From Paramecium tetraurelia (taxonomy: Eukaryota), in the NCBI GenBank assembly GCA_000165425.1, contig CT868063.1, forward strand, positions 558,001-622,000: a stretch of DNA of 64,000 nucleotides, read 5' to 3'. How positions within the stretch are numbered: position 1 is the stretch's first letter; every line of letters starts with the position of its first letter. Shown piece after piece: positions 52,425-63,100 of this stretch. Under the pieces are notes generated by a model that saw only the letters and a program-made list of their open reading frames with translations, did no database searches and was not told where the DNA came from. The position numbers were made by a program, and so were the translations under genes.

Positions 52425-52661
52425 TCAAATAAGCTAACAGCATTCATCTGCCGCTTCAGTATCAGGAGAAACATAGTTGTATTTTTTCCAACATTCTACT
52501 TCAATAACAGTTTGAACTTGCTTCCCCTTCTCTATTTCATCGACAAATGTTATTTTGTGTTTCTTAAGTCCTTTCATTATTTCAACACCAGTCTTGTCCT
52601 TCCTTTTTATTTTTTGAATTACTATCTAATCTTAATTCACAATATTATTTGTTAATTCCAT
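52425..52661 (-). CDS. Small protein with RVxF-like motif and C-terminal CaaX box
   Basis: MELTNN..RKDKTGVEIMKGLKKHKITFVDEIEKG..VIEVECWKKYN..ECCQLI-TGA (78 aa; may extend 5'). Confidence 0.75.
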
Positions 52662-53263
52662 ACTATTATAAATATGAACAAATCCTTCTCAAAATACTTA
52701 AGATCCTTTCTTTAACCTCTTTTTTAAAAACAAAAAATTCTCTAGAATTACATCGCATTAATACTTATGACATTCTCAATTATTGATTACCATATTTTAT
52801 TCAATATAACAACTGATAACTGCATTAAATACTTAGAATAATTCTAATTTTTATTATATATACTCTTCTCTTTAATATCAAAAGGCGTTTTATACAATAA
52901 CATAATCTTTATACTGAACTTATAATACTAAAGAATTATTAGTGATAAGCATTTATTTTATATATTATTAAATAATGAATAAAATTATTAAACATACTAA
53001 TTTTTTTATTTCATAGTCTAAGATTAGATAAAGAAGGCATTTATAGCTTTTATTGATATCAGAATAAGTACCTTCATTGAAAGTATTTAGAATTAAAATA
53101 ATTAAAAATACTGAAGTAAGTAAAAACTAAAAACATTATAAATTTTATTCAGAAAATAGTATAATAATAAGACTGGAAAAAAGGTTTAGATTATTTGATT
53201 TATAATCATCTTGTTATATTTATAATATAATGATTGATAATATTGTAAATTTAAACATTTAGT

Positions 53264-53747
53264 TCATTTCTTTTTATTGTTTTTGAACATATTTTAGATT
53301 GGATCATAAGGATCAGGTTCTGGTTTCCAGCCTTTTTGATATTTCCATGTTTTTGGTATTTTTCTATCTTAAGGTTTAAGGTCTTTGTTTCTTTATTTAT
53401 TATTTTGATCAGTCTAAAACTTTTCCAAAGCATCTCCTTTACCATAGGTTCTGTTAATTGTAATTTTATTAGGGTCAACCTAAATTTTTTCAATTTCCTT
53501 TGATATTAATAATTGAAAGTACTTGTTGTAGATTTTTAATTTATTCATCGATATTATAGGGTTTAGTAGCATCCTCTAATTTGAGATTCTCTGAATTTCC
53601 AGCTAAGAATCCCCAATCTCTATTCCAAGCAGCTGTACATGTTAATTCATTATTGACTCTTCCAATCCAATTTCTATCATCTGCCACAGGGTCACCTGTT
53701 GACACAAATTTTCCTCCTGCTTACTTTTATTACACTTGTTTAGGCAT
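53264..53747 (-). CDS. Small protein resembling ciliary microtubule inner proteins (C20orf85/C2orf50-like 'W...WGFL' motif)
   Basis: 'DRNWIGRVNNELTCTAAWNRDWGFL'; one 25-nt GTA..AAG intron. Confidence 0.6.
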
Positions 53748-53906
53748 GAAATTTATATGATATAAATATTAATCAATTAAGTTACATTTAAATGAAGCAT
53801 AAATTATAATGTTTGAAATTTTATTGTTATTATTTATATATATGAGCAGATAATTAAGACGGTAAAAACATAAAGAGTTCATAATATATTATAATAGTTG
53901 TATGTT

Positions 53907-54365
53907 TCATCGTTTTTTATTGGAAAATCGCTCAAGCACTTTATTCAAAGAATCTTGATGCATTCTAACTTTTGGTGTGACTGATAGTAATTAACTCATA
54001 TTTATAATAGTATATTTTGGTTTCTTTTTAATTGGAGATTATGAAATATTTTTCTATTTTTACTAATCTTCTTGTGTTAATGTTGGAGTGAATTTGAATC
54101 GAATTCTGCTCTTAGTTGTAGAAGGAGTATAAAAGTTAGCACTAAAAGAACCAGTCTAATACGCTTAACTTTAAGTTGGTCTATGATGATGTAAAGAGGT
54201 AATGGATGCTTGTTGGTTAATTTATTTTGGCTGTGATAATGTTCGGATCCTATGACTACTATTTTCTGAGATTCTTCTTTCTAATTTAGGTAAATAACCT
54301 GTAAATAATGTGTCCAAATAGCATTGTTCTTCAATATCCCATCCTGAATTATCACACAAATTCAT
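53907..54365 (-). CDS. Hypothetical protein (152 aa)
   Basis: Uninterrupted ATG..TGA frame MNLCDNSGWDIEEQ..; low complexity. Confidence 0.55.
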
Positions 54366-54532
54366 TTTAAATATATAATTTAATTAAGTTTCCAAGAACT
54401 AAGATGCAAGACGCAGTAATTCTATTTTGTACTATAAACATCTAAGTTTATATTAATGATTAATATATATTTTTCATTCTATAAGCCACCATTTTATACA
54501 GAATATTGAGTAATAAAAATAAAAATCATATA

Positions 54533-55787
54533 ATGAAATAATCACTAATAAGATAACGAAGAGGATCATTTGATTCATAGATTTTCTCATCTTTATTACA
54601 ATCCAATTTTATAACTGGTGATAAGAAGAAATTGATAGATGATGAAATTATCAATTATTAAATAGATGATGAGTTTGAGATGATAGAAAAATGTATTGTC
54701 TTTCATAAATTAGAACCAAAAAATATACCTCTACCTTTGTTTAATAATGATTAATTACACAAAATCTCTAAAAACCAATTCCTGGGTGAAAATTAAAAGT
54801 TACAATTAGCAGCCACCTTAATATAATAAAGAGGTATTCCCTACTTAAAGTAAATTTATTTATAATTTAGACGCAAAGCAATATGGATGACCTTTATAGA
54901 AAAAGGTGATGCTAAAACCTACTTCTCTAAAAAACCCCCCTATTTAGTTGAAGACTAAATCAATAAAGACGTTCCTAGAACTGGTTATGATGATAAAATG
55001 AATACCAAAAAATATACCACTCTTTTATACCGAATTCTATGTGCATATGCAATTTATAATCCTAAAATAGGATATACATAAGGGATGAATATCATTTGTG
55101 GAAAGATAATACTATTGTTAAGTATAGATGGAAATGATAAATAATTGGAAGAGGACGATTTTGAAGTCTTTGAAGATGAAGAAGAAATGTTTTGGATGTT
55201 TGTTCACTTAATGAAATCAATGCAAGACTTATTTATTTAAGATGTACCTGGGATATAAAGAAGAATTTAATAGTTGGAATAAATGCTACAAAGTAGATGT
55301 AATGAAATTATTGTGCATTTATAATGTAACAATATTGTATTACTATATTCTTTTATTTTAGGAAAACTTATGTTAATGTTTTAGTCAGTATTATTTTACT
55401 CTATTAATGTAAAGACAGGAGAAAAAGTTTGCAAGGTTAATATTAGAGATGTTCCTATTGTTTGGAGAAGCATTTATATAAAATTTTATAGTTGGAGTTT
55501 TAGAGTTTTATTCAATGAAAATAACAAGAATGAATGAATTAGAAAAACTAATGCCCTTTTTTAGAGATACAATGCTTACATCTTATTATTAGGAGTTGAA
55601 AAAATTAAAAAAATAGAATTAAATTATCTAACATTTTTAATAATATCACTATTTTGATGTAGAACCTTATTATGGTAATTTTTAACCAATTGTATAAATT
55701 GTTTAAAAATAAGAGATGCATTTAAATCCCAAAAATATATTAAAACTACTGCCTAAAATTTTGTTTGGAAAAGTTCTTGGTTAATGA
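54533..55787 (+). CDS. TBC-domain Rab GTPase-activating protein
   Basis: RGIP../RKAIW, arginine finger 'QINKDVPRT', glutamine finger 'IGYTQGMN'; two tiny introns. Confidence 0.9.
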
Positions 55788-55814
55788 TTTATATATACTC
55801 AAATATTTTATATA

Positions 55815-56625
55815 TCAACCTAAACGTATTCCTTATCCTTAAAAGAATTGTTGCCTTTAAGGTTACTGGAATTATTATTAATTAAATCTGTTTCTTTAAA
55901 AATGGTGCATATTTCGCAATGTGTTTATTCACAAAGTTTTTACTAGTATATGATAAATTGAATTCTTACAAAAATTAAGGTGTTTCTAATAATGGCAATG
56001 CTATTAGTCACTGGTAGGAAGTCCTTTAATAATAAATATGAATGGGCTATTCCTAAACCGATAAGGTCCTAAACTATGTCTTGATCGGTTATTGCATGAA
56101 AAGCAATCAAAACCCATGGAAAATATTCACTTTTGAATTGAAATCCAAAATAAAATCTCACTGTTTCAAATGGTTTTCTCTTGCACCAAACATAGATCAA
56201 TGCAAAACAAAATGCAGCTGATAAAAATCCATAATCAAATAGCCAGCACATAATCTACATTATCAAACTTATTTACATCTCCTGTTATAAAAAAGTAAAG
56301 AATCATATAATAGAAATCTGCATAGTTAGATCCTTCGAACATCATTTCGCAGTTTTTAATACAAAAGATTATAAACAACAAATGAAAGATGAAACTAAAA
56401 CTTAGTGTACCGCTGAAAAAGTAATGAGTAAACAGTCTATGTATCTATATAATAATTCATTATCATTCTTACTTATAGCGGAAATATTTTATTAGCATCG
56501 AACATTAAATACCACAAATATGATGGTTTAAATTTTCCAATTATCCCAAATAACACTAAAACACTTACATATGTTCTTGTAAAAAGAGGCTAAGTTTTAT
56601 ACCAGCTATTGAAATCGTTTAACAT
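55815..56625 (-). CDS. Derlin (Der1-like ERAD rhomboid pseudoprotease)
   Basis: 'QPLFTRTY', 'HRLFTHYFF', 'YFPWVL', 'GLGIAHSYLLL', C-terminal SHP box 'FQGQGIRLG'; three tiny introns. Confidence 0.92.
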
Positions 56626-56727
56626 ATTGACGTGTTTTATTATAATAAATATAAACAAAGTAATTAAAGAATATTCTCTATTAAATTTATCACAAATTAT
56701 ATGATTCTTCTCATCCATATCAATACA

Positions 56728-56809
56728 GCACACATGCCCGAGTGGTCTAAGGGGTCGCACTCAAGATGCGTTGATTTATTTCGGAGTAGTTCAAATCTCA
56801 CTGTGTGCA
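56728..56809 (+). tRNA. tRNA-Leu(CAA), possibly degenerate
   Basis: Acceptor stem GCACACA/TGTGTGC+A, D-arm TGCCCGAGTGGTCTAAGGGG, anticodon loop CTCAAGA, long variable arm, TTCAAAT T-loop. Confidence 0.85.
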
Positions 56810-56810
56810 G

Positions 56811-56816
56811 TTTTTT
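56811..56816 (+). terminator. RNA polymerase III oligo-T terminator
   Basis: T6 run starting 2 nt after the tRNA discriminator base. Confidence 0.75.
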
Positions 56817-57332
56817 CATAATTTTTTGATTTTAAATTATAATATTCTAAAAATCAAAATTAAGGTGTTATCTCTTTTGATACCGATCTCTGAAACAGAT
56901 AACTACATTTATGAAAATTCGATATCATAAAGAATTTATATAGGTTAAATGTTTAAATATAACATATGGTTCCATTAAATTTCTATTAGAATTTTAATAA
57001 TCTATTTTCTCCTCAATTGATGGAAGGCCTTAGGTAATATAAGCACAAAAAAATACGATAGCACAAATTTGAAAAAATTAAAAATACGAGAAGTATTGTA
57101 TAAATTTATCAAATATGACTTTATAAATGTGCGTTTGCTTTATATGACTTGTAAAATAACTCATTTTGTATATTTGTTTACTAATCAATTTTTCCATATG
57201 AGATTATAATTAAGAACAAATATATTAATAAATTATTAGAAGGAATATAAAATATTGTGCTAAACAAAATGTACATTTTGTATATTTGTAAGCAATTCAA
57301 TTCTGTAAAAAATTAATGAATAAATAAATAAT

Positions 57333-59629
57333 ATGCAATAGTAATCAAATACAATTTGCCAGCTACCAAAAAGACCTCAAAGAGGAGAGAATCTCAACAA
57401 AGATTATAGGATGAAGATTCTTGACTCTAATCATTTCGAACTTTAATTTTTGAAAGATATACAACTTCATATTTACAGTTTTACCATTTAACCTGAAATT
57501 AATTTGAATTTCAGAAAAAGAAGTGAAACACTTATTTGCTTCAATTAAAAATGAAATTGTTTCCTAAGGAATCCAAAGCTTTTGTATCACAGGAGCAAAT
57601 ATATGGAGTTTTCAATTACAGAGGAATAATATTCACATTACAAAAGTAGTGGATGAAACTAAGTTGATTGTAGATATCAAATATGTGAAGACAATTAATT
57701 TAAAAGATTTAACCCAGTATAATGATTAATAATCAATAAACATATCCAAATAAGCAATTAATGCTATACTTAAGTAAATTCATGAGAAAAGAAATATGAA
57801 AGAATTTTTTGGAAAAGGTAAATTTTATGAATCGGTAATGAATTGTAATCAAAAATTTTAAGAGTTTCAAATTGCATATTTGAAAGGATTTAGAAATGTA
57901 TATTGTCCTGGTCAGAATACTCCTCTACTTCAAATTGATTATAGTACAAAGTTGATAAATACTGATTCAATTTTGAACTTTATTTATAACTTTTAAGGTA
58001 ATAGAAAACAACTACAAGAATAACTATAGCATACATCTGGATATGCCATGTACTCTAAAAGATTCTATAGAATCCTTGGTATAGATTTTTCCAAGACTCC
58101 TTAATCGTTAATGGAAAATGGAAAAATGACTTATTACTAATATTACCAACAAAAGTACAAGATTACAATATATGACTAAACCTAACCTTTATTGGTTCAT
58201 TGAAACAAAAAAGGAGAGGAAATACGATTAATACCTGAATTATTGTGGAAAACTGGATTAAATGATACACAAACATCTGAATAAAGAATTAAACAATTAA
58301 CAAGATCAACTTTAGTTGTGGATCCATTGGATAGAAAGGATAAGATTATTAAAGAAAGGATAGAATTGGAATAATTTTTGAAAAATTAATAGATAAAATT
58401 TAATCCTAATTCTGCAACATTAGCCTATGAAATAAAGAAACCAGATATTTTATGCAAAGGAGAAAGAAAGTTCTTTTCTGGAGGATAATTTCAAATAACT
58501 AGTTAAATTGAATAAACTTAATTAAAAAATTGGGCTTTAATATATCATGTTGAAAATGAAAAGTACAAAGAGGATTTTCTATATGAATTTCAAAAAATGG
58601 ATATAGGTGTGGATTAAATTCGTAGATTCCGCATTAATTGTCAGTTAGGAGTAATAGCTGTTAAGATTGGATTTCATGTCTTTAATAACATATAACTAAA
58701 AATGGAAAACCATAACTAGTTATTTCATTACTCGGGGAAAAAAATAACAAAAGTATATATTAAGCATGAAATTAATATTTAATTGCAAAAGTGGGAGTTT
58801 CTCATTAAAATATCACTTTAAAATTAATTAAAAAAACCAAGTTTATCATTATAATTCCAAAAATAATACTATAAATACATAGCAAATTAAGGAATTCATC
58901 ATGGATGATTTCTAAAATGAAAGAGATTTCAGATGAAATTATGATTATTGGAATCGACGTTTATCACAAAACAGAAAAGAAGATTAATTCTTGTGTTGGA
59001 TTCAATGCTTAATTTGGATAGTAAGGTGATACAAATTTCACAAAAACAATAATAGTAGATTAAGGTAAAGAAATTAATAAAGATATCGCAAACCTTTTAG
59101 AACAAAGTCTAGAAGAATATTAGAAAATTAAAATTATAAACTACCAGAAACTATTGTAATATTTAGAGATGGAGTAGGGAACTCATAAATAAATTATATT
59201 AAGAGGAAGTAGAAACGATGAAATAAATCATTAAAAATAAATATAACTTTAAATTGCCATAATTTGCATTTATAATAGTTAACAAGAGAATAAATGATAA
59301 ATACTTCTCAAAAAGATAAAGAAATTTATGGAGTGGTTATTGCAGACAGAGTCGTCTCATCTCATTTTGATTGTTTCATGATTGCATAATAAGTTCATTA
59401 AGGAACTGCTACTCCAACACATTATACAGTTTTAGAAAATACCACTAATTGGAAAGAAGAATTATTTTGGAAATTTACATATTATTAATGTTATAATTAT
59501 AAAAACTGGTGTGGACCAATCAAAATACTTGCTTGTGTTTAGAATGCTCACACAGCTGCATACAGAACAGGGGAGGTTATCTAAGATAACGCATGTTCTT
59601 CTTTAGAATCAAAGCTATTTTATCTATGA
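57333..59629 (+). pseudogene. Piwi-clade Argonaute (PTIWI-type) pseudogene, full length
   Basis: N/PAZ/MID/PIWI motifs in order (SNHFEL, YYQQKYKI, QPLL, LIPEL, IIGIDVYH, FRDGVG, VNKRIN, QGTATPTHY, NAHTAA, KLFYL-TGA) broken by in-frame TGA at 58201 and 58767 and at least four frameshifts. Confidence 0.9.
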
Positions 59630-59710
59630 GTTTCTTTATTATTTTATTTTCATTTAATTTATAAATTTTAACTTCAAATATATTAATACACTTATTATCT
59701 AATATACTAC

Positions 59711-60802
59711 TCAAATATTTAATGACAATGCTTATTAGGACATTTCAGAAAAACTATCAATGGAGATTTTAGCCAAACCATTAATTCCCCAAGTGTCTCC
59801 CCAAGTATTCTCAATGATCCAATACTATTATCCATTGTGTTCACCCCATCCTATTATTTTAACTGCTTGACCCCCATGAAAATGAGGCTACCCATCTAAT
59901 ACTTAATAAATTCCATCTTTATAGATTAAAAAATCTTTGTAAACTGGCATAATCGCAACCGCTGGTCCTTTCATTAAAATATCCCTTTTGATATCCTATG
60001 ATATGAATATTAGTACATCTTTATTCTATAATTAACAATAGGACTCAGCTTTAAATCGCTAACAATGATCAAGGGCATTGGTACACTCTTTAAATGTATC
60101 ATCCCCTCTAAAAGGATGACATTCGTTTGTAGTCAATCCATGTTTTATGATATAATCAGCTGATCTTGTTAAATGTCCTCCTTTGCATCCCAAATTTAAT
60201 TTGCCATCACAAGACAATAAATTTTGAGCAGATAATTATTAGGTTTAATTTTATTTGCATACTCTGTCTGAGAATGAAGAAGAAACCGCAATAGAATAAG
60301 ATGATGAACAATTTCCTTAATTATAAACTTGATGATTGCACTATGGATAGAATTCTTTGAAGTTGTAATATACAGGTATTTCTTCGATAAAAGACAATTT
60401 GCATTTCTCTACATTTATTTATTATGTGAAATCATTTTTAAATAAGGTTTTTGCTTACATTAACGTGATATTCTATTGTAATTATAATAATTAAAACATA
60501 GAAAAAAGCATTTGGGCCTAAGTTGTATGAATGGCCTTACGAATTGTGTGACTTAATTTCAGATTCATTAATGATAATGTATTCTTTTGTTTACTTGGTA
60601 AAAGATAAATAAGAAATAATTAAAAACCCAATCACAACTATAGGCTTTTTAGTATTATCTTACTTGATATTATGATATGAATTTTGTAGTTGGTCATAAA
60701 ATCTGGTTTTGTTGTCCTTTTCTTAATTGCTGTCTATAAAAGCTTTAGTTTCTCAACTTATTGCTTAGTAGGACAAGGACTCGTTGAACGTGGTCCACGC
60801 AT
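59711..60802 (-). CDS. Cathepsin B-like (papain C1A) inactive homologue with N-terminal membrane anchor
   Basis: 'NQGNCSSSYSIA', 'SDRVC', 'LSAQNLLSC', 'GCKGG', 'GGQAVKIIGWG', 'YWIIENTWGDTWG'; three tiny introns. Confidence 0.88.
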
Positions 60803-60848
60803 TCTTAATTAATTAATAATTATTTAATCATTATTTATCATAATTCAA

Positions 60849-61698
60849 ATGTCATAAGATCAACTGATTCTAGATGATATTTCAGTAATTAAAATTCTTT
60901 AAATTAGGACATCATGAGAAGCACAAGAATAATTGATAAATATTTAGTTAAGGCTTTACATTGCATCATTAATGATTACCAATAAAATATGGACATAAAT
61001 GCATTATTAGATAGCCTTAATAATTCTAAGCACTTGGTTTGTAACAAGTATTGTTTGTTAGAATCTAAATCTAATCTTCTTAGATATGTAGTTAATACTG
61101 AAAATTACAATGTAATATTTATTGTTTAAAATAATAAAGAATTACATAAAGATCATAGCCTTCTTGAGTTCCCTTATTTAATAATAAGAATTGAAGTCCA
61201 TTTCCTAATTAAAATAAACTCATAAACCTAATTGTATCCTTATCTAACCCAAAAAGACCAAGAATGTTCAAAATGACAAATCTCCGAAAAAATGTTTCGA
61301 TATTAAACCTAAATATTTTCATTCCAAATCTTAGACCTGGATTTTTAATTCTAAATAGTACATTTCAAAAATATTAGTAATAAAAGTAACTCAATAATTT
61401 CAACTAGGACAGAGAATTATCAAAATTACAACAATTGCAAACCCAACATGATGATTACTCTAGATATCGTTCATGGTCTATTCAGTAATAAGAATTACAA
61501 TAAGAAAATAAATAAAGATTCAATTATCAGCAGAGATCAAGCAGAGAATTAAGATTTTCTATAACTACTTCTACATCGCCAAAATAAAAAAGTTAAATTC
61601 TACCCTAAACTAATAAGGAACATGATTATTCTATACAAGTAAAAAGGTTAAAAAACGAAATCTCATAGTTAGAATCAAAATTAAAACTTTATAATTGA
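60849..61698 (+). CDS. Hypothetical protein; intron structure and 3' end approximate
   Basis: ATG divergent from the cathepsin-like gene, 23-nt GTA..TAG intron restores a long frame. Confidence 0.5.
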
Positions 61699-61722
61699 AT
61701 TTTAAACTTATAATAAAATACT

Positions 61723-62265
61723 TCAAAAATTATTTTTTTAATAATTACTCTTAGTTGTAAATTATTAATATTGATTCTAATTGTCTTTGAGAGAAAATTC
61801 TGTATTTAATCTAGTCGAAAAACTAGTTTTAGATTTTTTCTTTTGAATTTCTATTTTTTCCAATGTTTCATTTAATTCCTAAATCTATTCTTCCTTCTTT
61901 TTACACTCCAAACATTAATGTACAACAGGTAAAATGATTGGCTGCGAATTTTAGCGATAATGTTTTAAATCAAGTACTTTAGTTTCTATGTTACTAATTA
62001 AATTTGATAATTAAGTAGGTTCAATATGACTTTAGATTAAAGATATCTAATTTAAATTGAATTTGATCTTTTGTTCATCACTAAGTTGATTCCAAACTTA
62101 TTGATATTTGTATTATAAGTTTTTATATTGTATCTCTTATACTTATAAATTATCCATTAAACTATTTGATAACTTTGTGAGTTTTTAAATTTCTTATATC
62201 AACTATTCTAATTTACTCATCAAATGAGGGATTAGTTTATTTGTTGAAATTGATAGTTGTTGCAT
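61723..62265 (-). CDS. Possible hypothetical coiled-coil protein; boundaries uncertain
   Basis: Internal frame QVWNQLSDEQKIKF..QCLECKKKEEQIQELNETLEKIE; ends not resolved. Confidence 0.35.
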
Positions 62266-62698
62266 TTTAAATAATTAACCGTAATAAATTTTTAATCTAA
62301 TTACTTACTTGTATATAAATGTAATTAACTACAATTACTGTATTTTGAATATTTTTTCATTCACAACAATCTTGTACAATTTTGATATTATTATTGATTT
62401 AATTCATTATCTTAATTATATCATTAAAATCACGATATTCACAATCCACTTTAGTTGAAAATCAAAAATAACCTCTAAATAATGCTCAAATAAAGGCGGA
62501 ATAAAAAGTGATTTAGTGTTAACTTTGAGAATAGCCATATTCTCTAAGAAATAACTAATAATAATTTCCTTAATTTGAATTCAGTTTCTATAAGTAAAAG
62601 CTCACTCGACGTTTAATTTATATTGGTAACTATAATATCACATGAATTATTTAAAGCTAAATAGATATTATGAGAATATTTGTTAATAAAAATTAAAA

Positions 62699-63100
62699 AT
62701 GGATAATTAAAAGAAGTGTCTTTTTGAAAAATTTGGAGGAGACCAATAAGTTTCAGAACTCATTGATCAATTCTATTATAAAGTTTTGTTTGATAAGCTA
62801 CTTCGAGACAAATTTTTGAAGGCTGACATGAGTCGAGTTCGATATCAACAAAAACGATTTTTCGCTTAAATGATGGGTGATACTAATACCTAATACACTG
62901 GAAGGTATTTTATTTGGTTTAATAATTATAGAGATTTAATAGAGGTTCATAAAAATCTCAATATCACAAACTAATAATTTGATAAATTTAAAACCCATCT
63001 CAAAAATATTGCATTAGACATGGAAATACCAAATGTAGACTTAGAAGAGCTACTTCAACATGTTGAAAAACATAGAGACCTTATTGTATTCTAAAAATGA
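62699..63100 (+). CDS. Group I truncated haemoglobin (trHb1, 2/2 globin)
   Basis: LFEKFGG, 'IDQFYYKVLFD' (TyrB10), 'RYQQKRFF', 'YTGR/DLIEVH' (proximal HisF8), 'ITNQQFD'; one 27-nt intron at 62905-62931. Confidence 0.92.

Noticed and set aside
57478..57514. Possible 37-nt GT..CAG intron rescuing the first Piwi frameshift
   Set aside because: Longer than other introns here, removes the conserved-looking FTIQPE segment, and downstream lesions remain regardless
58201..58203. In-frame TGA in Piwi as possible selenocysteine or readthrough site
   Set aside because: Accompanied by a second TGA and several frameshifts, so pseudogenisation is the simpler explanation; no SECIS evident
22964..59629. 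A clustered RNA-silencing or defence system linking the helicase-RBR gene, Piwi and the tRNA
   Set aside because: The genes are about 29 kb apart among unrelated housekeeping genes, ciliates lack operons, and the Piwi copy is disrupted
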